From contig JAYSRA010000039.1 of assembly GCA_043721275.1 (NCBI GenBank), forward strand, positions 21,401-85,400: a DNA stretch of 64,000 nt, read 5' to 3'. Below, one piece after another: positions 55,683-64,000 of the stretch. Every line of letters begins with the position of its first letter. Position 1 is the first letter of the stretch. The stretch is from Burkholderiales bacterium. GTDB taxonomy: Bacteria; Pseudomonadota; Gammaproteobacteria; Burkholderiales; Casimicrobiaceae. A program made the translations under genes and the position numbers. Below the pieces are notes generated by a model, which was given only the letters and a program-made list of their open reading frames with translations, did no database searches and had not been told where the DNA came from.

Positions 55683-56492
55683 TCAAGGCATCGCCCCGTC
55701 TTCAATCATTTGCTCCACCACACCACGCGCCGCATGGGCAAAATCGTCACCGCTGCTCGCGTAAATCACCGAGCGTGATGCGTTGATGATGAGGCCCGTG
55801 CCACGACTGTCGCGACCCACCGCAACGGTCGCCCGCATGTCGCCGCCCTGCGCGCCCACACCCGGCACCAACAGCGGCATATCGCCCACCACGCGGCGCA
55901 CGTCGGCAATCACCTGCGTCACCGTTGCGCCCACCACGAGACTGATGTTTTTGTTGCCGTTCCACTGGTTCGCTGCGAGTTTCGCAACGCGCAAATACAG
56001 CGGCTCACCGTCAATCATTTGTTCCTGCAAATCAGCGCCGCCGGGGTTCGAGGTGCGACATAAAAGAATCACGCCTTTGTCGGCATATTTCGTAAACGGC
56101 GCAATCGAATCGCCACCCAAATACGGGTTCACGGTGACCGCATCGGCACGGTATCGCTCGAACGCTTCCACGGCGTAGAACTCAGCGGTGCTGCCCACAT
56201 CGCCGCGCTTGGCGTCAAGAATTACAGGCACGTGCGGATAGCGATCATGGATGTAGTCAATGGTCGCTGCGAGCTGATCTTCTGCCGCAATCGCTGCGTA
56301 ATGCGCGAACTGCGGTTTGTACGCGCAGACGATGTCGTGCGTGGCATCAATGATGGCTTTGTTAAACGCAAAAATCGCGTCCGGTCGATTGAAAATTCGC
56401 TCCGGCATGCGTTTTTTTTCAGGGTCGAGCCCGACGCACACCAGCGAGCGTGATTTAGCCCAAGCGGTTTGTAATTTTTCGTTGAAGTTCAT
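55683..56492 (-). CDS. pyrF: orotidine-5'-phosphate decarboxylase (type 2)
   Basis: LVCVGLDPE...ILDAKRGDVGSTAE...TVNPYLGGDS. Confidence 0.85.
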   Translation of the reverse strand: MNFNEKLQTAWAKSRSLVCVGLDPEKKRMPERIFNRPDAIFAFNKAIIDATHDIVCAYKPQFAHYAAIAAEDQLAATIDYIHDRYPHVPVILDAKRGDVGSTAEFYAVEAFERYRADAVTVNPYLGGDSIAPFTKYADKGVILLCRTSNPGGADLQEQMIDGEPLYLRVAKLAANQWNGNKNISLVVGATVTQVIADVRRVVGDMPLLVPGVGAQGGDMRATVAVGRDSRGTGLIINASRSVIYASSGDDFAHAARGVVEQMIEDGAMP

Positions 56493-56509
56493 TTTGTTGC
56501 ACAGTCATT

Positions 56510-56577
56510 AGTGACGAGTGACCGGTGACGAAAGTGGGCGCGTCACGCTCGTCACTTGTCACCAGTCACTCGTCACT
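56510..56577. repeat. inverted repeat built from heptad-spaced GTGAC/GTCAC units between prfA and pyrF
   Basis: aGTGACgaGTGACcgGTGAC ... GTCACgctcGTCACttGTCACcaGTCACtcGTCACt. The outer 20-nt arms are complementary with 1 mismatch. Confidence 0.8.
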
Positions 56578-56583
56578 GCACGG

Positions 56584-57666
56584 CTACGCCGTACTCTCCA
56601 TTGTCGACATCAACTCCGCCTGATGCTCAGAAATCAGCGCGTCGACCATCTCGCCAATGTCGCCGTCCATGATGAAATCGAGCTTGTACAGCGTCAAGTT
56701 GATGCGGTGATCGGTCATGCGGCCCTGCGGATAATTGTAGGTACGAATGCGCTCGCTGCGGTCGCCGGAGCCCACGAGAGATTTGCGCAAACCGGCCTCC
56801 TTCGCATGCGCCGCTGCACGCTCGCGCTCAAGCAGGCGTGAGGCCAACACCTCCATCGCGCGCGCCTTGTTCTGATGCTGCGAACGACCGTCCTGGCACT
56901 CCACCACCACGCCGGTCGGAATGTGCACGATGCGCACCGCCGAGTCGGTTTTGTTGATGTGCTGACCGCCGGCGCCTGACGCGCGAAACGTGTCAATGCG
57001 CAAGTCCGACGGGTTGATCGTGATGTCTTTCACCGGGTCGGCCTCGGGCAAAATCGCCACGGTGCAAGCGCTGGTGTGAATGCGCCCCTGCGCCTCGGTG
57101 GCGGGCACGCGCTGCACGCGATGCGTGCCCGACTCAAACTTCATTTTTGAATAGGCACCCTGCCCGACGATGCGCGCAATCACCTCGCGGTAGCCGCCCA
57201 ACTCGCTCTCGCTACTCGACACAATCTCCACCTGCCAACGCTGCCGCTCAGCAAACCGCGTGTACATGCGCAGCAAGTCGCCCGAGAACAACGCCGATTC
57301 ATCGCCACCTGTGCCGGCGCGAATTTCAAGAAAAATATTGCGATCATCCGCCGGGTCTTTCGGTAACAGCGCGAGCGTCAGTTCTTTTTCAATGCGCTCC
57401 AAATCAGCCTTCGCGCCTGCGATTTCTTCACCCGCAAACTCCTTCATTTCAGGATCAGAGAGCATGGCTTGCGCTTCAACGATATCGTTCTCGCGGCCCT
57501 GAAATTGTGCAAACAATTGCGAAATCGGATCAATGTCGCTCCTCTCGCGCGACAACGCACGAAAGCGGTTCATATCGTTAGTCACCGACGGGTCAGACAG
57601 CAAGCTCTCCACCTCGACCAGACGGCGCGAGAGTTGTTCAAGCTTGATGCGGAAAGTGTCTTTCAT
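56584..57666 (-). CDS. prfA: peptide chain release factor 1
   Basis: [12 protein letters not shown], the [11 protein letters not shown] (GGQ) motif and the RF-1 PxT tripeptide context. Confidence 0.9.
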   Translation of the reverse strand: MKDTFRIKLEQLSRRLVEVESLLSDPSVTNDMNRFRALSRERSDIDPISQLFAQFQGRENDIVEAQAMLSDPEMKEFAGEEIAGAKADLERIEKELTLALLPKDPADDRNIFLEIRAGTGGDESALFSGDLLRMYTRFAERQRWQVEIVSSSESELGGYREVIARIVGQGAYSKMKFESGTHRVQRVPATEAQGRIHTSACTVAILPEADPVKDITINPSDLRIDTFRASGAGGQHINKTDSAVRIVHIPTGVVVECQDGRSQHQNKARAMEVLASRLLERERAAAHAKEAGLRKSLVGSGDRSERIRTYNYPQGRMTDHRINLTLYKLDFIMDGDIGEMVDALISEHQAELMSTMESTA

Positions 57667-57890
57667 GGGACGAGCGCTAACTTCACAAATAGAAAAGCCA
57701 CGCGGAACGCTGCCTCACCCAAAACGGGCGACTGAGCAGGTGAGCGTGGCTAAAGGTTCATTTGCTCGTATTTTAGGCGATTGGGGGCATAGCTGAGACT
57801 CATCCGGAGACGCGCGTTTGTCCATGTTTGAGTTCTATCAGCAGACAGCAACAGTAGGCTTAAGCGGCGACCGCTGTTTATGATTCATCT

Positions 57891-59636
57891 ATGAACAGAC
57901 CGAACGCCACCCGTCGCTGGATTGTCCGCACCGTAGCGGCGCTTGCCGCGCTCGCCTCTATCGGCTGGGGCGCCACCATCGCCGTGGCTAATCCGCGTTT
58001 GCAGGATCACTGGTGGGTTGAGCAGATTCGGTTGGTCGTTGACGTGGTCGCCAAACTGTTGCCCGCTAACGTCGCGCCAGCAGAGCGCGCGACCGTCGTG
58101 CCCGCAATTACTGACGCGGTGATCGTGGGCAATGAACCCGCCACTCAATTTGATTCAACCCTTCGCACCTTTTCTTTTCAAGACAAGATCGGCTCGACGC
58201 GAGCGAGCGTTTCGGGGCGGTGGGACAGTGAGCCTGATCGGTTAGTTATCTTCTTTGACCGCATTGATGTGGACTACGCAAGCGTCGGCTGCAAATGGTC
58301 GAAATGCGATGCGATCAGCCATATGCAATTGCGCCTGCACAATGTGGCAGGCAAGCGCCAAGCCGCCGACGAGGGCTGGGACTGGCGCAGCACGGCGGTG
58401 CCGATTGATCCGCCGATTAAGCTCGGTGAGCGACGCCGCTTGCCCGAGATCAGTTTTGAAATTCCGCTGCTGCCAGCCAGCGCCGCACGCGGCGGCGCGG
58501 AGGGGTTAGCGCGCTCGTCACTGCCGTTTTTGCAGCCGCGTATCGAACTGGGCGACGCGGCAAAAGACTCGCAGCAGGGCATGCTGCCGCTTGGGCTGTT
58601 GCGCGGGCTACCATTTGCGTCAAGCACCGTGCCCGCAGTTCGCAAACCGCCCTGCGCCCGCGAACCGAGCGTGAACGAAGCTATTGCGTGGGGCTGCTCG
58701 GTGGAGCTGGTGAGCGCGGTTGCGGTGCTTTCGGACGCGCCGAACGCCACCGAAAATTACGCAGTAAGCTCAGTCAATCGCAAACAAGACGCACCGGGAC
58801 GATTCACAGAGTTGCCGCCACTGCTCGCCGCGATTGTTGCCGCAGATGAATTGGCGGTGGCCGCACTCATCGCAGCGGGAGCAGATGTGAACTGGGTGAG
58901 CGAAAACGGCGAAACGCCGCTGGCATCCGCCGTGTGGCGCGGCTCAAAACCCATCGTGGAGATGCTGCTGAACGCCGACGCCAACGTGAACTTGGCCGTT
59001 AATCCCCGAACCGGCAAACCCATCGCCACAGCCCTTCTTAGCGCCGCCTACGAGTCCGATGCCGATCTCGCGCTGATGCTCATCAACCGAGCCGCCGACC
59101 CCACCGCCCGCGCCGACACCGGATGGTCGCCACTGGCACTAGCACTCACCAAAACTCACGGCACGCCGCTGGTCAAAGCGATGCTCAAAGGCAGTGCTGA
59201 CGTCAATAAACCCATCACGTTTGTGAGCAACGCCCACTGGGGCGGCCAGCCCGCCAACGCGCTGCTGATCGCCATCTCTTACAACAGCCATCACACGGTG
59301 CGCTACTTGCTCAGCATCGGTGCCGACGCCACCCGCCCCGGCCCGTGGGGCTTTCCGGTAGGCCACTTCGCCCCGTTCTACGGCTTCACCGAAACGATGG
59401 ACGCGCTGCGCGAGTCCGGCATCGACCTACTCAAACCCATCGCCGCCGACCGCCCGCACGCGGGTGCGACGTATCTGATGCACGCCGTACACGGCGGAAA
59501 AATGCACTCGGTTGATTACATGCTGAAACTAGGCGCTGATCCGAAACATAAAGATGCGCAAGGAAAAACCGCTTTCGATCATGCACTGGATTATCGGCAT
59601 GTCGTGATTGCGGCCAAGTTGAAGGTGTTGCAGTAA
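57891..59636 (+). CDS. exported ankyrin-repeat protein with an uncharacterised N-terminal domain
   Basis: N-terminal signal/anchor RRWIVRTVAALAALASIGWGATIAVA. The C-terminal half holds several ANK units (GADVNWVSENGETPLASAVWRGSKPIVEMLLNADANVN; GADPKHKDAQGKTAFDHAL). Confidence 0.7.
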   Translation: MNRPNATRRWIVRTVAALAALASIGWGATIAVANPRLQDHWWVEQIRLVVDVVAKLLPANVAPAERATVVPAITDAVIVGNEPATQFDSTLRTFSFQDKIGSTRASVSGRWDSEPDRLVIFFDRIDVDYASVGCKWSKCDAISHMQLRLHNVAGKRQAADEGWDWRSTAVPIDPPIKLGERRRLPEISFEIPLLPASAARGGAEGLARSSLPFLQPRIELGDAAKDSQQGMLPLGLLRGLPFASSTVPAVRKPPCAREPSVNEAIAWGCSVELVSAVAVLSDAPNATENYAVSSVNRKQDAPGRFTELPPLLAAIVAADELAVAALIAAGADVNWVSENGETPLASAVWRGSKPIVEMLLNADANVNLAVNPRTGKPIATALLSAAYESDADLALMLINRAADPTARADTGWSPLALALTKTHGTPLVKAMLKGSADVNKPITFVSNAHWGGQPANALLIAISYNSHHTVRYLLSIGADATRPGPWGFPVGHFAPFYGFTETMDALRESGIDLLKPIAADRPHAGATYLMHAVHGGKMHSVDYMLKLGADPKHKDAQGKTAFDHALDYRHVVIAAKLKVLQ

Positions 59637-59760
59637 ATTCTGGCGCGTTTGGCGTTTAACTTTGCCGCACCAAATAGCGTCAAGAAACTTGAGTTGACCG
59701 AGCAGCGAGGGAGCTAATCGTACGAAGGCGGACAGCAAATAGACGCCCGACAGATCAGCC

Positions 59761-61854
59761 TCAAGCCTTCACAAACTCCGCCCGGTTCTTGATCCAGCGA
59801 TCCAGAAAGGCCGTTTTGTTGAACGAGGCATCGTGTTCGAGTTTGGTCGCAGCGTCCCGCGCGGCTTCGACGAGTTCAATGTCTTCTTCGATATTGGCGT
59901 AGCGCAGCGACGGCAGGCCGGATTGTCTTGGGCCGAGTAATTCGCCCGGTCCGCGAATGCGCAAATCCTCGCGCGCGATCACGAAGCCATCGGTGTTTTC
60001 GTAGATGACTTTTAGGCGAAGCTTTGCTGTGTCGGAGAGTTTGTCAGCGAACAGTAGGATGCAGGTTGACGCCGCAGCGCCGCGCCCCACGCGCCCTCGC
60101 AGTTGATGCAGTTGCGCAAGGCCGAAGCGCTCGGCGTGTTCGATCACCATCCAGCTTGCGTTGGGCACGTCAACGCCGACTTCGATGACGGTAGTGGCGA
60201 CCAAAACCTGCACGCGGTTGGCCGCGAAGTCGGCCATGATCGCGGCCTTCTCGTCGGTTTTCATGCGCCCGTGCAGCAGCGCGACTTTGACATTTGGCAT
60301 GATGAGCACAAGGTCGGCGTACAGCGCAGTCGCGTTTTGCAACTCCACTTCCATCAGCTCACTTTCCTCAATCAGCGGACACACCCAATACGCCTGTGCG
60401 CCTTGCTGTACGGCCTCATAAATGCGGCTGGCGATTTCGCCACGTCGTGCTTCGCCCACGAGTTTGGTGGTGATCGGCTGACGGCCTTGCGGCAGCTCGT
60501 CAATGACTGATACATCGAGGTCGGCGTAGTAACTCATCGCCAGCGAACGCGGGATCGGCGTGGCGCTCATCATCAGCGTGTGCGGGGCGAGGATTCGTTC
60601 ACTATCCTGTTGCCCACGTTGCCGCAGCTGCAGCCGTTGCTCAACGCCAAAGCGGTGCTGCTCATCGACCACGATCAAGCCCAGTCGCGCAAACGAAACT
60701 TTCTTCTGAAACAGCGCATGTGTGCCGACCGCGATATGCGTAATGCCCTTTTTGCATGCGGCCTGCGCGGCCTTTTGTTCGGCGGCGGGCAGGCTGCCAG
60801 TGAGCCACGTGAGCGTGATCGGCAGGTCGGCCAGCCAGTGCCGCAGCTTGTTGAAATGTTGCTCGGCCAACAGCTCGGTCGGTGCCATAAAAGCGACTTG
60901 ATAACCCGCTTCAATCGCGGTCAGCGCGGCCAATGCGGCGACCACCGTTTTGCCGCTGCCGACGTCGCCCTGCAGCAAACGCGTCATCGGCGTGTTGCGT
61001 GCCATGTCGACCAGTGCCTCAGTCAGCGAACGTTCCTGTGGTGCAGTGAGTTTGAACGGCAGGCGTTGTCGCAACAGGCCGCCGATCAAGCCGGTGGGTG
61101 CAATAGCGGGCGCGCTCTCGCCTGCGCGCAACGCTTTCGCATCGCGCAACGCCATCTGCTGCGCCAGCAATTCATCAAACTTGATGCGCAGCCACGCCGG
61201 ATGCGAACGCAACTCCAACGCAATCGGCGATTCACTCTGCGCAGGCTCATGCAACACGCGCACGGCGTCGCGCCACGCAGGCAAGTGCAATGCTTCCGTA
61301 ATGGCGCGAGGCAACAGATCTGTCTGCCATTCGGCGACTTTCCTTGCCTTGGTTGCGAGGGTGCGCAGCGCCGCTTGCGGAATGCCGCCCGCGCTCGGGT
61401 ACACCGGCGTCAGGTTGCCCGACCCTGTGGCTTCTGCATCCGCTTTTTTGAAAACGGGATGCACCATCTCCAACCCGTAGCGCCCATCGCGAACGTCGCC
61501 AAATACACGGGCCGGTGCGCCGACTTTGAGCGCCTGCACGATGTTTGGATAAAAGTTGAAATAGCGGAGCGTCAGTCGAGGTGCGAAATTATTGCTGCCG
61601 TCGTCGCCCATTGCGCGCAGCAACACCACGAACTGACGACGCGGTTTGAACTGCGTTTCCGCGTGTTCCACGATTCCTTCAACCACCACCGACTCGCCTT
61701 CGACCAGATCGCTAATGGGCCGCACCTGCGTCTGGTCTTCGTAGCGCATCGGAAAGTGCAACAGCATGTCGCGCAAATGCTGTACGCCCAATTTTGCGAG
61801 CTTGGGTCGCAAAGCGGGGGGCAAATACGTCTGTTCTTCTGGCTGAGTTGTCAC
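59761..61854 (-). CDS. recG: ATP-dependent DNA helicase RecG
   Basis: RLLQGDVGSGKT, VVDEQHRFGV, MSATPIPR, HQLRGRVGRG. Confidence 0.9.
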   Translation of the reverse strand: MTTQPEEQTYLPPALRPKLAKLGVQHLRDMLLHFPMRYEDQTQVRPISDLVEGESVVVEGIVEHAETQFKPRRQFVVLLRAMGDDGSNNFAPRLTLRYFNFYPNIVQALKVGAPARVFGDVRDGRYGLEMVHPVFKKADAEATGSGNLTPVYPSAGGIPQAALRTLATKARKVAEWQTDLLPRAITEALHLPAWRDAVRVLHEPAQSESPIALELRSHPAWLRIKFDELLAQQMALRDAKALRAGESAPAIAPTGLIGGLLRQRLPFKLTAPQERSLTEALVDMARNTPMTRLLQGDVGSGKTVVAALAALTAIEAGYQVAFMAPTELLAEQHFNKLRHWLADLPITLTWLTGSLPAAEQKAAQAACKKGITHIAVGTHALFQKKVSFARLGLIVVDEQHRFGVEQRLQLRQRGQQDSERILAPHTLMMSATPIPRSLAMSYYADLDVSVIDELPQGRQPITTKLVGEARRGEIASRIYEAVQQGAQAYWVCPLIEESELMEVELQNATALYADLVLIMPNVKVALLHGRMKTDEKAAIMADFAANRVQVLVATTVIEVGVDVPNASWMVIEHAERFGLAQLHQLRGRVGRGAAASTCILLFADKLSDTAKLRLKVIYENTDGFVIAREDLRIRGPGELLGPRQSGLPSLRYANIEEDIELVEAARDAATKLEHDASFNKTAFLDRWIKNRAEFVKA

Positions 61855-61941
61855 GCGATAAGTTTATCGGTTGCGCCGTTTTTACAAGCGCTGTACAACT
61901 CGTGTCTACACAGACTGAAGACGCCTAGATTCAAGGATTTC

Positions 61942-64000
61942 ATGATTCGTACTCTCTTAGCAACCCTGCTAACCGCCACTCTGTTTGCTGCGGCAAATGC
62001 GGCCGACCTCCCCGCCCTCGCCGAAACGCGCCCCGCACACGAGGCGATTGATATTGATGAGCAACAGGTGTTCCTCACTCGCGCCAAGGGCCCGGTGGAT
62101 GCCAAGACGTTCATCGCGCACGTATTCTGCGAGGTGGAGGGCGTGCGCTCAGTGGACACGGTGCGGGTGATCGGTGGTGCCCGAAAAACGGAGGTGCTGA
62201 AAGCGGCGGGCATTCCCAACACCGAAAACTGGATCGCCTTCCGCTGCACGCAAAATTTTCCGAGCGGCGCAAATGTGATTATTCGCTGGGATTCGCCGAC
62301 GGCCATCACTAAACAGGCGGTTGATACGCTGCGCTTCAAGGTGCGGTCGGGCGATTTCTTGGAGCTTACGTGCAGCCGCGAGAACAAAGATTCAGGCTGC
62401 AATCCGTTGAGCAACGTTTATGTAGGCTTTAAGCGCTCGATTGATCCAAAAGACGCTGCAAAATTTCGACTGCGCGACGACGCGGGCAAACTGTATTTAC
62501 CCAAGGGTGACAGCGATGACAGCGACGGCATTAGCTTTACCAAACTGCCGCCGGAGACCAAGTTCACGTTGGTCGTTCCACCCAATCTGAAAGAGTCCGG
62601 CACCACCACGGCGCTCACACTGAAACGCGCGATCACGATGCGCACCAGTGCCTATCCGCCGCTGGTGAAATTTCCGCGCAGTTTCGGCATTTTGGAGCGA
62701 CAGAGCGACCCAGCGCTGCCGATCACGGTGCGTAACCTGGAGCCGGGCACAGGTGGCGCTGCAGGCGTTGGCACAGCGGCAACCATTCGCAAGCTGCGCG
62801 TCACGAGCGAGCAGGACATGATTCGTTGGTACGCGAAGACGCTCGGTTTTCAGCAAAGTGATCGCTCAATGGATGATGACGGAGCTGATTATTCCGACTT
62901 CGGCGAGCGACCAAAGGGTGACGAAGATGTGCGTTCGCGTTCGCTGTTGAAGGGTATCGCCCAAGTGCAATCGCTGCCGCTCCCGAAGCCGGGTGGGCCG
63001 AAAGAATTTGAGGTGGTGGGCTTGCCGCTGGCTGAGCCGGGGCTGCATATTGTTGAGGCCGAATCGGCGGCGCTCGGGGCGTCGTTGTTGGAGAAAAAAG
63101 GTTCGATGTACGTGCGCACCATTGCATTGGTGACAAACCTTGCGGTGCACACCAAAGCCGGTGCGGGCGGGACGTTGGTGTGGGTCACGCGGCTCAATGA
63201 TGCGAGTGTAGTGGCTGACGCATCGGTAAGGATACGCGATTGCAAAGGTGCAGAGTTGGCGAGCGGAAAGACCGACAAAGACGGTATTAGTCGATTGACG
63301 CCGAAGCAAAAGATTCGTGAATCCTGCCCCACGATAACTTTTGCGCAAAGTGGCGACGACACCTCGTTTACAAGCAGTGACTGGACGCGTGGCATTGAAA
63401 TGTGGCGTTTCAATCTGCCTTGGGACTACGAATACGACGGAGAAGGCGGTGGAGGCATTGTTAAGCAGGCCTTCCACACCATCCTCGCGCGCAATCTGCT
63501 GCGTCCCGGCGAGACCGTTCACATGAAGCATTACGCGCGCGAATTGAAGCGCTACGGCACCGGCGCGCCGGAGCTCGGCAAGTTGGTTAAAACTGCCTCA
63601 GTCATCAATGAAGGCAACAATCAGCGCAGCACCGTGGCGTTAATTTGGAGTGCAAGCGGCAACGCAATCACGGAGTTAAAGCTTCCCGCCAATGCGAAGC
63701 GCGGCCAATATCGCATCGAAATAGGTGGGCGCACCACCGGGCGATTCACCGTGGCGGATTTCCGTTTGCCCGTGTACAAATCCGAGGTCAGCATTGCTGA
63801 GGCAAACGTGGTCGGCGGCGACAAGGCGAACGTTGATGTGCGCTTGTCGTTTTTGTCGGGCGGGCCTGCAAGCGGCGATGTGGTCACCGTGCGCTCGCGT
63901 TTCGATGCGCGGTCTTGGCCCAGTTTCGATGCGCTGCCGGACTACAGCTTCAGCGTGCCGGAATACGATGAAGACGGCGGGGAACGTCGAACGCGGCGCG
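61942..64000 (+). CDS. alpha-2-macroglobulin family protein (N-terminal ~686 aa; runs off the window end)
   Basis: It is absent from the ORF track because it has no stop within the window. My translation from ATG 61942 gives MIRTLLATLLTATLFAAANA (signal) ... GLHIVEAESAALGASLLEKKGSMYVRTIALVTNLAVH ... RGQYRIEIGGRTTGRFTVADFRLPVYKSEV, which is MG-domain-like. All listed minus-strand ORFs here are shadows. Confidence 0.6.
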   Translation, partial: MIRTLLATLLTATLFAAANAADLPALAETRPAHEAIDIDEQQVFLTRAKGPVDAKTFIAHVFCEVEGVRSVDTVRVIGGARKTEVLKAAGIPNTENWIAFRCTQNFPSGANVIIRWDSPTAITKQAVDTLRFKVRSGDFLELTCSRENKDSGCNPLSNVYVGFKRSIDPKDAAKFRLRDDAGKLYLPKGDSDDSDGISFTKLPPETKFTLVVPPNLKESGTTTALTLKRAITMRTSAYPPLVKFPRSFGILERQSDPALPITVRNLEPGTGGAAGVGTAATIRKLRVTSEQDMIRWYAKTLGFQQSDRSMDDDGADYSDFGERPKGDEDVRSRSLLKGIAQVQSLPLPKPGGPKEFEVVGLPLAEPGLHIVEAESAALGASLLEKKGSMYVRTIALVTNLAVHTKAGAGGTLVWVTRLNDASVVADASVRIRDCKGAELASGKTDKDGISRLTPKQKIRESCPTITFAQSGDDTSFTSSDWTRGIEMWRFNLPWDYEYDGEGGGGIVKQAFHTILARNLLRPGETVHMKHYARELKRYGTGAPELGKLVKTASVINEGNNQRSTVALIWSASGNAITELKLPANAKRGQYRIEIGGRTTGRFTVADFRLPVYKSEVSIAEANVVGGDKANVDVRLSFLSGGPASGDVVTVRSRFDARSWPSFDALPDYSFSVPEYDEDGGERRTRR

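Overview
High-GC (about 60% by eye) proteobacterial chromosomal segment; the gene content looks beta- or gamma-proteobacterial, but I cannot assign a taxon from sequence alone. Most of the window is housekeeping and catabolic genes: an IorAB-like molybdo-hydroxylase, an M81/MlrC peptidase with a peptide SBP, a TetR-thiolase-FadB-like beta-oxidation set, a TPR/GT41 glycosyltransferase, purC, ndh, LysR-xdhABC with a BMP-type ABC importer, hemB, pepN, an FKBP isomerase, prmC-pyrF-prfA, recG, and a partial alpha-2-macroglobulin. Lower-GC accessory islets interrupt these blocks. (1) At 0-4.8 kb there is a giant DUF11-repeat adhesin with an IPTL-CTERM-like tail. (2) At 4.85-9.5 kb there is a dead integrative element: an rve transposase with an in-frame TAA, a tyrosine recombinase frameshifted in a C10 tract, a PIN/Phd TA pair, an internally deleted IS256 remnant, and a tRNA 3' fragment with its terminator. 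(3) At 10.4-11.7 kb there is higB2-higA2 plus a low-GC orphan gene. (4) At 15.4-15.8 kb there is a phd-doc relic. (5) At 27.0-27.8 kb there is a UPF0175/DUF3368 TA pair. (6) At 40.1-47.2 kb a mosaic defence island abuts the 3' end of hemB. It holds a Fic protein, a type III mod gene truncated after the DPPY motif, a type II C5-MTase/REase cassette, a xenologous hemB 3' fragment, and an intact 894-aa Res-like helicase-nuclease. The most unexpected non-genic signal is an unannotated ~114-bp terminal-inverted-repeat element present in 7 copies, each at or within about 20 nt of a stop codon; two copies supply the last codons of the upstream gene. No rRNA, complete tRNA, CRISPR array or prophage was seen.
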